From assembly GCA_964016885.1 (NCBI GenBank), contig OZ024741.1, positions 43,648,001-43,712,000 of the forward strand: 64,000 nt of DNA, written 5' to 3'. The position numbers and the translations under genes were made by a program. The number at the start of each line of letters is the position of its first letter. Position 1 is the stretch's first letter. The stretch is from Eledone cirrhosa (taxonomy: Eukaryota). This document shows positions 52,365-64,000 of the stretch, one piece after another. Below the pieces are notes generated by a model that was not told where the DNA came from, ran no database searches, and saw nothing but the letters and a program-made list of their open reading frames with translations.

Positions 52365-53089
52365 GCCAGATTGTTGAATGTATATACTAACCTTATGCAT
52401 ATTAACGGCTGAGTAGCCCAATTTGTATATCGAGTGGGTTAATCGGCCGGGTGCACCGAAAACGATAAAGGGAAAAAATGAAACGAAATTTCATTTCCCA
52501 CTCTTAGTACGGCTGTTACTTAAATATAAGTGTGTACACGTACATACATATATGTATACAGCCGTACAGTAGTATGTATATATATATATACATACATGCA
52601 CACATATATATATATATGTACGTATGGATTCACCGAACATTTATTATAATGCTCGGTGTGTTTGTAAACAAACATCCCGTATTGCTGACGATAGCTAATA
52701 AGCTTGAAACTAGTACAGCGTTCCTTTGTCAGTGTTGAACAAACGAGCAACGATGGTTGCTAGACACTACGGCTTAATACGGGATGTTTGTTTACAAACA
52801 CACCGAGCATTATAATAAGTGTTCGCTGAATCCATACGTACATATATATATGTGTGCATGTATGTATATATATATACATACTACTGTACGTCTGTATACA
52901 TATATGTATGTACGTGTACATACTTATATTTAAGTAACAGCCGTACTAAGAGTGGGAAATGCAATTTCGTTTTATTTTTTCCCTTTATCGTTTTCGGTGC
53001 ACCCGGCCGATTAACCCACGCGATATGCAAATTGGGCTATTCAGCCGTTAATATGCATAAGGTAAGTAAATTACGTTCAACAATCTGGC

Positions 53090-53146
53090 AGGAAGGTATA
53101 CCTTGCTGACGATAGCTAATGAGCTTGAAACTAGTACAGCGTTCCT
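53090..53146 (+). ncRNA. Minimal type I hammerhead (array monomer); further copies at 52682-52725 and 53509-53565
   Basis: Same motif as 52308-52364. GTA sites end at 52715, 53136 and 53555. Confidence 0.88.
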
Positions 53147-53847
53147 TTGTCAGTGTTGAACAAACGAGCAACGATGGTTGCTAGACATTACGGCTTAATA
53201 CGGGATGTTTGTTTACAAACACACCGAGCATGATAATAAATGTTCGGTGAATCCATACGTACACATATATGTGTGCATGTATGTAGGTATATATACATAC
53301 TACTGTACGCCTGTATACATATATGTATGTACGTGTACACACTTATATTTAAGTAACAGCCGTACTAAGAGTGGGAAATGCAATTTCGTTTCATTTTTTC
53401 CCTTTATCGTTTTCGGTGCACCCGGCCGATTAACCCACGCGATATGCAAATTGGGCTATTCAGCCGTTAATATGCATAAGGTAAGTAAATTACGTTCAAC
53501 AATCTGGCAGGAAGGTATACGTTGCTGACGATAGCTAATAAGCTTGAAATTAGTACAGCGTTCCTTTGTCAGTGTTGAACAAACGAGCAACGATGGTTGC
53601 TAGACACTACGGCTTAATACGGGATGTTTGTTTACAAACACACCGAGCATTTTAATAAATGTTCGGTGAATCCATACGTACATATATATATATATATATG
53701 TGTGCATGTATGTATATATATATACATACTACTGTACGTCTGCATACATATATGTATGTACGTGTACATACTTATATTTAAGTAACATCCGTACTAAGAG
53801 TGGGAAATGAAATTTCGTTTCATTTTTTCCGTTTATATATATACATA

Positions 53848-54900
53848 TGTAGTGTAATATGTGGTTGTTTCTTCTGGTGGGTTGGTTGCTTGTTTCATTC
53901 ATGTTAATTTGATAGGATTTGTGACGTCATTTGATGAAGTGAACTAAGTGGTGTGTTGGTCCAGTCCATGGCATTTGAATGACATGTGTCTTAGTTAGTC
54001 GAGATAATTATTGCTGTGAAGATTTGCCAAGGTCGGTATAAACAGTAGTCGTTGTCGCTTGTTATGATATTGCGCGGAAAACGATTTTACCTAATCACAG
54101 TAAATAAGACACCACAAATTTGTATTTGATTTTCTTGTTTGCTTGATATTCTCTGATATAATGTGCAGCAGAACCACATAAAAAGGAGGACGTATAATTG
54201 TGGTTGGATATAGTGTGTGAATGTAGAAGCTAAGAATAGTGAATTCTACATAACTTCAATGAAGTTGTTATGCTTGGTCAGAGCAGCCAATCATATAGTT
54301 CGGAACTGCCTGTTTAAATTGGAAGCGAGCGAGTGGTTGATTTAGGAAGAGCTAAGCGGTAGATTGTTCTTTCTGGAGTCAAACTTTCTTATATATATAA
54401 TGGCTATGTCCACAGAAACCTTATACATATAGCCCTTCCTTTCAAAAAAAGGTTGTGATTCAAGAAGCGTAATGTGAACTCAAGAAGCGTAATGTGAACT
54501 CAAACAAAGGAATTGGTATTTAACTCACACTGACTGAGATTATTGTTCAATGAGTGTTGATATGCGACCATAGCTGAACATGGGAACAATCTCATTGAGT
54601 CTTCACTACCTGCAAACAGACACACTCACACAAACACACCCTTCTCTAATTAGAGACAAACTATCCACAAAACGTGAATTCCTAATTGTTGACTCTGAAA
54701 CAAAATCATTTTGCAATTTCCAGCTTTGAAGAGAACCCAATGAGGATTGAAAATACTGCGTAATCATTACTTAGTGCGGTGAATCTAAACAACGCTTATA
54801 TAGTTTGAAATTTCTGTGTTTTTCTGTGTTGAATGTAATAAATCTAAAACTTATTCCCACAGTTAAGGTTCTTCACCCCTCGCCATATTTTCACATTACG
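53848..54900 (+). mobile_element. Possible solo LTR
   Basis: Imperfect inverted ends tgtagtgtaatatg ... catattttcacattacg, and aataaa at ~54837. Confidence 0.35.
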
Positions 54901-56174
54901 TGTGAATCGTACCAGCATTTCTCAATTATAAAGATTTCTGTTATATATATTTAGGAATTGCATATTTAATTGTCTTCAGACTACTACTACTACTACTACT
55001 ACTACTACAAATGAAATGTGATTGTTCAACTCTTCATGAAAGCTTGTGCAAACACTTGTCTCTTTCATTATTTTAACTCAATTCTCATTGAATCTCCATC
55101 CAGCATCTAATGAAATAAGTATATCAGAAGTATATTAACTAATAAAAACAGAACATAAGCAAATTTGAAGAATCTAATTGCCATTGTCTGTGAATTATCT
55201 ATGAAATTGTTCTATTTATCTAACGCATATTTTAATATTATCGGCGAGTCTTATCACTTACGAAAGCATTAATCATTAGAAGAGACAAACAAATTTGTAT
55301 TTTACATAACAAATTGTCTATACATTGTTGAATAGAACATTTCTTTATATGAAGTTATTTATTTGTGCTTAATATTTAAGGTCTGTATCTACTGGTAACA
55401 TATGGAAGATTAAGTAGTAACAATATTACTTCTCTCTATGTCTATATATGTTTTACGTTTGGAATGAGAATGAAATGAAAGAAAAACTGGAATTTGTGAT
55501 TCATCCAATAATATTTCAATGAGTTCTTTTACAGTAAACTTATTAACGGCATGAGGAAAATTTAATTGGTGAATTATAAAATAAAATGACGACTTGGGGT
55601 CTGTTAAACGATACGAACAGTAGATGTTTGAACCATCCATATCGTGATTGCAAATCAAACATCTTAACAATTCGGCCAAGTTACATACCCAGTATGAATA
55701 CTATTGTGCTTAAATATATCAGTTTACACGTTTGAGAAAAAAAGGAAATAATACGGAAAATGAACTAATTGTTGTCTTAGATATATCCGAAGTAGTTAAG
55801 CCATATCTGGTTGCTATCGATGTGGTGCTTCAAATTCTATTTGAATTATTTTTCTTTTGTTCTGATTTCAGTCTTTAAAGTTCAGCTATGTTGGGATAAC
55901 ACCTTGATGGTTATAGACGATAACATCGACAACATTGTTTATTTTAGTGCTCTTCGTAGTTACCAATCTATATTCGTCAGATCGATATGTTATGCTCTCT
56001 AATGCAATACCACACCAGTTTCTACTAAATAAAAAAGAAACACAAACGCGAGCTTACAAATGCGTATGTACACAGTCATATATAAATTTATTCAGAGGCA
56101 CATACGCGCGTGCACGCACATGTACACAGACCAACACACACACGCACACACACGCACACACACACACACACACA

Positions 56175-56245
<71 letters not shown>

Positions 56246-56260
56246 ACACACACACACCCA

Positions 56261-56291
<31 letters not shown>

Positions 56292-56297
56292 CATGTA

Positions 56298-56488
56298 CGC
56301 GGGTGGGCTGAAAATAAAAGACTGACAATGAAAGAGCGATGCTAGAACTGTGAAATCTTGCATGGATTAAAGTCAATTTTTATGATTAATAACTGCAATT
56401 TTTCTAAGTATGGACTGAAAAATAAACCTCATTTGCTCTTTCCTTGAAAATATCTTAGTTAGCACATGAGATTTTTCACCGACCCTCG
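56298..56488. mobile_element. Mariner-type MITE
   Basis: TA|cgcgggtgggctgaaaa ... ttttcaccgaccctcg|TA. Confidence 0.75.
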
Positions 56489-56559
56489 TATAATACAGTA
56501 ATTGTATAGGTTGAGTTATTGATCATAACTATGATGTTTGAACAAAGTATGGATTTGCT

Positions 56560-58680
56560 AAGCTTACATGTTCATTTTCTGCATACAGGTTTGTTTTCCT
56601 CACAGGCATGCTAGACTCCATTGTCTGCTATCCAAAACATTGCCAAATATTTCATTATCCATGTATGTGGGGCTATGTCAAAGGGTTCCTTAAATTCTAT
56701 CCAAGTCATACATAAATACTTTAGACATCTTTTTGTGTTATTCCTGATCGCCCTTTCAACAGCAAGTAGGTCTTTAGTTCCCTGGAAATTTTTCCCACAG
56801 ACCTTCTGCTCGATAGGTAACATTTGATTCTGAAGCAAGTGATCATACACTTTCGCACCAGAACGCTAGTCAACAGCTACCAAAGCAAATTCAAATAAAT
56901 AATCGGCCTGTAATTTCCAATAAATAGACCTTTCTTTTTATTCTTCATTATTAAAGTTGTCTTTAAGGTAAACTTTGCCATTCATGCTTACGGGTTCGAT
57001 AAAATAAAGTACCAGTAATGTACTGGTCCATTGCTGGCCTTGTGCCAAAAGTAGAAACAATTATTAAAGTTGTCTATATCAGTGATGAAATCAATAGGAA
57101 ATATTTTGCTTTCTTTCGCGATAGAATGAAGCTTTTAACTACTCGCATGTTTTTCAACGATTTTAACATGCCATGGTTTGTTCGTCCAAGATATTTAGCT
57201 AGTCCACTTATAGTGGTTTTGAAGGATATTTCAAACTGGGTCAAGCCTGTGCTCCCTTGATTTCTGGGAAGGTAAAAACGATGTACATCTGTCATTAGGT
57301 GTTGCACCTTATTACAGGTTAGCAACGTACGCTTTTTGTATCAATTCTATTTATTTCACTGATATTCTTGTTCAACACATTGGGAATGTTAAAGTATTTA
57401 GCTCAGATTTCAGAACTATTTTCCTATAACATTCCTTCTTTATCTTTTCTTTTATGATTGCATGCTGAATGCCGGAGCCTTTTTATGCCTAGGTATGCCT
57501 AGGTTTATTCCTGCTCAAATTCCCTTATAACTGTTTCAGCGTCCAGTTCGAATGAATTCGTGTTTATCACCTTACCTTCTTTGAAACTGGTTTTCGCACA
57601 CTTATGAAGTCCAAACTCCATCTTGATATCATCACTGAATCTCTTCTCATAACCTCAAAATCTTTCACGCTCATAATTGTCTTTGTCATATAGTCTTAGA
57701 TCAGCCAAATAAAATAGATGGCTTATTTTCCTGTTTTCAATTTCATATCCCTAATGTTGAGATCGATTCTGAGGGGTGTTAGAGCCATGGAAACTATTAG
57801 AGATATTGGGGAAAAGGCACCGTCGATGCTAATGTTTGAAAATTGGAATGATAAAATTGGAGATTCGTTTAACATTGGTATCTTCCACAATATTATATTT
57901 CAGAAGGTTTGAAATTACTGGGCGAATGTTGAATATGTGTAAAGATTTCAGAATCCAAGCCTTTTTGTAATTAATCCATGCTTTTTCTTGCAATTTTTTT
58001 GTAAGATATTACGTCTAATCCAATATATATTTTCATGTTATGTCTTCTTAATACTGATAATCCTTCTCAAACAATTTTCAATTTCTTCCATGGAAGTGGG
58101 TGCTCTTCAATGGTTATTTCCCCTTGTCTATTTCTCTGAAAACTGATTTGGTATTGGATATGAACAACTTATTTTGCTTGTAAAGTCTTCGTATTTTTTT
58201 AACTTTTACTTGGACGTTTTATTCACATTTTTCTCCAACCTTCTTCATTGTCTTGATATTACATTATTTCTCCTCTCCTTAATACAATCTCCTTTTCAAT
58301 TTTACTTCTCCATTTTAACTTTCTTTTTCTTTAGACTCACATCTTGCTTCAATTACTCTACCAGATGCGTAAATCATTTCATTTAACTCAATAAGATCAG
58401 GCTCTAATCTTTGTATGATTTCTTCTGTCGCATAGTAAGAGATTTTTCATGTTTTTATTTTCGTTTGTATTTGAGTGTTTTTTATGTGGTTCCCTATCGT
58501 TCATAATTATATGTCTATAGCACATGCTAAAGTTTCCTCTTCACTTCCATCATATACTCTTCAGCAAATATTCCATCTTAACATTTTGTTTCTATCCCAC
58601 TTTCCTTTTTATTTTCATCAAGTTCATTAGAATTTCTTAATTCTTCAATCTTTTGCCTGATTTGTTCAGATGACCGTATT
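56560..58680 (-). mobile_element. Heavily decayed R4/Dong-like LINE RT fragments, interrupted by a SINE piece at ~56968-57062
   Basis: TWIEFKEPFDIAPHTWI, AWINYKKA, LFYLADLRLY (YMDD-like) and DVHRFYLPRNQGSTGL. Confidence 0.7.
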
Positions 58681-58706
58681 GCCGTCACATTTTCTTAAAT
58701 AGAGAT

Positions 58707-59720
58707 ACGGGGTGTTTAAAAATCATACAATACACAGAGAAAATATTAGGAACAATAAAAAACAAACATTTTGTTCTCCAAATTGTATTGTTACTCGATG
58801 TCTGTTTTCCATAATCCATAAATACAAGAACAAGAGCGTTTTATCCACTTGGCGATCAATAAAATCCAACAGTTTCAAATGACACTAAGTTCATGTGTTG
58901 TGAACAGATCCCAACTTCAGATTTTTGTATTTTGTTTGGTATTATCGTCCGCGCCTCCTTGTCTACTAAGGAATGTCATCAGAGTTCTTAGAGGTCAATT
59001 TATGTCAATTTTATGTGCGATATCTCGGAACTGGTGATATAGACGAGTTTTCATGAGGTCACTTCTTGGATTTACTGGCAAAGTTATTCTTGGTCTTCCC
59101 TTATCCGATTTATTTCCGAAAAAAATATTATTATTTTCCTCAAGAAACTATTTGAATGTGAAATTATGCTAACTACACTTGGTTACGCAGCGGGGTGTAT
59201 TTAGTGGTATTACCAAACAAATTGATTCCTAGTGCGTACAATTCGATCGGTTTAATTGGTTAAATCTACACGAATGGACTGACAGTGAAAGTGATATATG
59301 CCCAGCGGAAAATCGCAATTAAAAAGAACTAATTTAAACATCTGTTATATTGAATCCTTTGGAAAAATTAAACCGGCATTCCCGCAATATTGGCCGCATG
59401 CGGTCGTGTAGATTTCAGTAGTCCAAGAAACAGCCATGCATCCATACACCTATCGGCCATACATGATTTCTTGAAGACCTTCTGCAGACGTGCGGTAGTG
59501 CTACGGCCGGAACGAAATCACACTGTTTGTCAGCTAGTTAGGATAGAACCATGTCCTTACATCTCTTTGCCAGATATCTTGCGTAGACATTACCAGCATT
59601 TTAAAATCTGGGACTTTCACTTTCGATTCTCATTACGTTGGTGTCTTCCCGAGATCTAGGCCAGCCATCACACACAAATCATCCTGAACATATACAGTAC
59701 CATAAAACTTTGAAATCATT
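58707..59720 (-). mobile_element. Possible decayed Tc1/mariner remnant
   Basis: TA|cggggtgttt end and a weak WPPNSPDLNPLDY-like stretch near 59500-59560. Confidence 0.35.
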
Positions 59721-60216
59721 TATATCGTCCCTACTCGTGACTATGTTAGAAATAATTATTATTTTCATTATCATTACTTATGTTTGTAATACTATAATCA
59801 TTACGATGATGGTCATTCATAAATGTCAGTAATGAATATTCTACGTTATTTACAATTAGAAATATAAACTAAATCATGACTGCAATTGAGATTTCTCAAT
59901 TATCGCAATTATTTCAATTCGTAAATTCTGCTCATCTACTTACAGATGACGTCAGAGGTACAACCTAATTGCCCGGCATTACAGATCTCTTTTCCCGATC
60001 TCACACACATCATTATTAGAATGTTGAATTTTAGAAAATAATAGAGAAATAGTCGATATGTATTCAATCATTTACATTTCCATCTATCTTCCGCGCTGTT
60101 TATTCGTTATAGTTATAAAATGTTGAAAGACAAACTGCCAATACCGGCATTCTTTGGGAAGACGCAAGGTAATGGAACTTTATGACATCCATGTCTTTCT
60201 TAAGGAGAAGTAAGGA

Positions 60217-60435
60217 TGGTAATTGGCAGTATCGGTAGAGGGTCGGACGTAATGCTTTGCAGCATAGAGTTACGGTCTTTTATGATCTGTGTTCAAATCC
60301 CGCCGAGGTTAACTTTGACTTTCATCCTTGCGGGGTGGATAAAATAACGTACCAGTCACGCACTGAGGTCGATCTAATCGACTCCCCCCCCCCCCAAAAA
60401 AAAAAATTACTGGCCTTGTGCCTATACTAGAAATC
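60217..60435 (+). mobile_element. tRNA-derived SINE, family 1
   Basis: Head ttggcagtatcggtagaggg, B box, central block and ggccttgtgcc tail. Confidence 0.8.
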
Positions 60436-62618
60436 ATTCTTAAAAGGAAGTAGATAAGTCAGTGATTGTAATTATGTCATAGTTTCAGCTCATCATAATT
60501 TTCAAAGGAAGATAAGCTCGGTTGAATCGCAGTATTTGTGGAGAGTCGCATACAATACTTTACGTTCTGAGTTCAATTTCCTTCCAAGATAAATAAAAGA
60601 GAGTACCAGACATATATTTAAGCCCATGTAATCGACTTGCCTCTTCTCACAATGTGTTGGCCCTATATCCTAAATTATACATTTTAATTTCAAGCAATAA
60701 CAACTTTTCCACAATTAGCCTTCTGTTAGTTATTTAATTAAGCCGACATATATATAATTGCCCTACTTACATTGCTAACTTCGAATATAATCGTAGACAG
60801 AATTCAGACTAGTATGTATTGTCAACATATATGTCATGATATACATCACATCTTCCCACCCTTGGTCCTATATACCACAGGTGCTCTTTTGGTACTCTTC
60901 TGTATATCTTTCACAATGAAATGTTAGCCGAGGTCAACGTTCTTTGATCATCCGATTTATTTCTGAATGGTTACCATACGGACAGTGTTACTGCCACTTC
61001 CGCTCCATGGCTATATATAGCAAACATCAAGACACTTTAATGTTCCTTTCATGAATGCACATATCTCGCTGCCATTTAAGAACAAAAGTGATTAGGAACA
61101 CCATCATCTGTGTTCTCACTGCCCATGCCTAACATTTCTTGTTTATTATACCATTACCAGAGCGAATCAATAATGGAAAATCTGTGTTTAGAGTATTGTA
61201 AGTATTATTATCCTAGAGATTTTAAAGTTTAGGTTCCCAATTCGGCGTTCCATGTAGACTGGCGAAACTCTAATCTTTGTTAATAACAAAGAGCCATAAT
61301 CTAATCAATCGATCGATATCGGTTCTCTGATTAAATTAAAACATATTTCAGCCTCATCGCAATTGCTTTGGCTAAATTCAATAATTTCCACGATGCTCTT
61401 TCATTTCTAAATAGAGTTCCTAGACGTCAGTCGATATGTTAGTATTAACAGCTAGACAAGTTTCAAAGCACTCTTTATTTTCTTTAATAAAAGGTAGTAC
61501 ACACTAGATAATATACATTACAAACACTTTTTGAACAGAGTGAATATAACTCCTGTGACTGGAAGTCTGTGTCTGAATTACTGAATTATTGATAAATAAC
61601 AACAAACATCTCAAAATATTAATTTTTAACAGTTCTAATTTGAGATTCTACAGCACATGATGGATCCTCCGTCAATGTTAAACTGGAGCATTCATTTTAT
61701 CAATCAACTGAGCTTCCAGGTCATGAATTAGCGTGAAATTGGCCGAATATTTTAGTGACGTACGCATTTTAACTAAATTTTCCAGCTGAATTAGTGTGTG
61801 ACATTTTATATGAAATTGGTGAGCCTTTCATTTATTGGTTTAATATATCTGACGATCTCCTATACGGTTTTCGTCTACCCAATTTTATTCACAAGTTTCT
61901 GGGCATATCCGGGACTAAGTTAAAGACACTTGCTTGCGACAGTTACCTCCGTAGTGAGATCAAAAGCATATGGCGGAGAAATAATCTTAACCACCGCCAT
62001 ATCTGCGAACCTTTATATCATATGTAGTGTCGCTAGATACCGTTCGCCATATACGTATATTTACTCCTAATTAAATCATATTGAGTTTACTATTCCCAAC
62101 AAATCACCTAAGCAGTTCGTAGGCATCGGTTTGGCGGACACTGCTCATATGATCATAAGTAGAATATTTAATAGCTTGGTGTGTTATATTAATATCGGCA
62201 GCATGACGCTGGCAGTTCGTTGCAAAGTGATACAACATATCTAATATGTTAGTCTTGCTGCAAATAAAATATGACGTTCTTATGAACTATAGAATACTTA
62301 AATATCTAATATCATAAATTGAGAGTATATACATTTATAAAACGGTTATTTCTTGTTTTTAACCATGTTCCACCTGTTATTTGAATCATATAGAATATAT
62401 TAAGGGAGAACACATTATTTCAATACCGGATGTATCGTTATATAAAATTTAAAGACTAATCATTTCAAGTCGGTTAGGTTACCCACTGCCACTTCCAATG
62501 CAGACTAAAATGATTTCAAGAAACGTTGTTAGAATAATTTTCATGGCGCTATCTAATATTCAGTTGAACAGAGAGTGAAGTAATTCACTGAATCACACTA
62601 TATATATATATATATATA

Positions 62619-62840
62619 TTTATTAAAATAACAGATTAAAGTTTAAGCAAAGAATCGGTGCTTTCACCCTTAACGGGATCTTCTGAAGGGTGACCCCGTT
62701 AAGTGTGAAAGCAGTGATTCTTTGCTTAAACTTTAATCTGTTACTTTAATAAATATTTGCTCTACGGTTCTTATATATTTGATATATATTTATCCTTATC
62801 GAGCCCTGTTTGGATTTTAGTCTTCAAATTTATTATTACT
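62619..62840 (+). mobile_element. Family C fold-back (second copy)
   Basis: Same arms and tail as 45592-45813, with a different apex junction. Confidence 0.85.
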
Positions 62841-62869
62841 ATATATATATATATAAATATATATATATA

Positions 62870-63002
<133 letters not shown>

Positions 63003-63193
63003 TAACGAAAGAAATGTGGTAAGGAAACAGATGGACCATAACGCACCAAAGAACTCAATACTTAGGGTAGTACAGTGGGTAATAGGAATGAGTAGGACCC
63101 CGACGGCTGAGCTCAAGTCGTTTCGACGACTAATTTTAGTCTAGAATTAGCCCTCGAAACGGCTTGAGCTCAGCCGTCGGGGTGTTATTCGTT

Positions 63194-63197
<4 letters not shown>
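63003..63197 (-). mobile_element. Family A fold-back
   Basis: Tail plus palindrome with apex at ~63138. Short arm ends at ttccTA. Confidence 0.88.
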
Positions 63198-63236
<39 letters not shown>

Positions 63237-63399
63237 ACATGCATACTAGCTGGCTCCTTGTCGTAAGAAAGGTCAGCTAATTGTAATATCTATAAATAAT
63301 ATTAACAAATAAATGTTTTTTGGTTATATATATATATATATATATATATATAACCAACAAACATTTATATATATATATATATATATATTTCGTTTCTGA

Positions 63400-64000
63400 A
63401 TTTGTTTAGCAATATTCTTTATCTGAAAACGTCTGTTGAAACCGATATTGTTATGCTTTGGGAGGGTCTTGTTGCCAATAAGAAACACACGCACCAGTGC
63501 TTTAAATTCAATTTATTATAATAAATTTATAAATTTTCGGTTGGTTGGTTCCACAACCAGATGATTGTTTATATATTGTCAAAGTTCTTTCGTCACACAT
63601 TCTGTGACCTCTTCAGTGACTGGGGATTCTTTTCTTTGTTTCTGTGCCTCTCCTTTGTTCTGTCCTACGCCATCTTGTTTGTGTGTTGGGTGCTTAGTTT
63701 GCACACGTGTTACTCCGTGTGTCTGTGTGTGTTTATATTCGTTTATTTATTTGTTTATTTACATGTTACTGGTTGGTTGTTTGTTCTATGTGCTGGTGTG
63801 TTTTCATTTTGTCCTTAATTGTAAGTTGTGATGTTGCTGTTCCACACAGGTTTTCTATTTAATTTTGGTTGGAGTTCAATTATGTTTATTGCCTCTGTGA
63901 TTTGTCTAAACATTGCGTCTTTTCTGTGTGTAGATTCTATTTTATTTCTATGTTCTCTAATTTACCCTTATGTTCTATTTTAGCATGTTGGTAGAGTACA
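63400..64000 (-). mobile_element. 3' end of a PLE running off the window (GIY-YIG C-terminus + pLTR)
   Basis: Minus frame reads VLYQHAKIEHKGKLENIEIKIESTHRKDAMFRQITEAINIIELQPKLNRK. Confidence 0.75.
63578..63620 (-). ncRNA. Minimal type I hammerhead
   Basis: gtca-CTGAAGA-g gtcaca gaatg tgtgac-GAAAG-aa-CTT-tgac. Confidence 0.8.

Larger units (their letters stand above)
52030..53835. mobile_element. Inverted + tandem array of a ~420-bp non-coding HHR monomer (retrozyme-like)
   Basis: ~1.5 units on the minus strand (52030-52683), then ~2.7 units on the plus strand. HHR cores at 52342-52348 (minus), 52685, 53106 and 53525. Confidence 0.9.

Noticed and set aside
52030-53835. CRISPR-like array
   Set aside because: Whole ~420-bp units repeat with no unique spacers, there are no cas genes, and the context is eukaryotic.
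54700-54765. Possible decayed hammerhead (ttgaagag...gaaaatac)
   Set aside because: The stems could not be paired convincingly.

Overview
AT-rich, microsatellite-dense animal DNA, probably cephalopod/octopus (inferred from the SINE types and the (TA)n/(CA)n/(GA)n density). No host gene is confidently identifiable, and most listed ORFs are microsatellite artefacts. The window is almost entirely mobile DNA: a decayed Rep/PIF1 Helitron and two non-autonomous Helitrons, a nearly intact Naiad-type Penelope-like element (PLE; RT + GIY-YIG, one in-frame stop), an ~8.5 kb inverted Neptune-like PLE structure, RTE/CRE/R4-like LINE remnants, mariner remnants and tRNA-SINEs. The main signal is non-coding. 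I read about 25 hammerhead-ribozyme (HHR) motifs, intact or decayed, from about 10 distinct repeat families. They sit in PLE pseudo-LTRs, in a ~420-bp tandem/inverted retrozyme-like array, and in short non-coding asymmetric fold-back elements inserted in (TA)n tracts. Two unrelated families carry the compensatory U3-A8 core variant. Many motifs have palindromic minimal stem III, and several truncation/inversion breakpoints fall inside the ribozyme upstream of its cleavage site. All folds and alignments were done by eye, so element boundaries are approximate.
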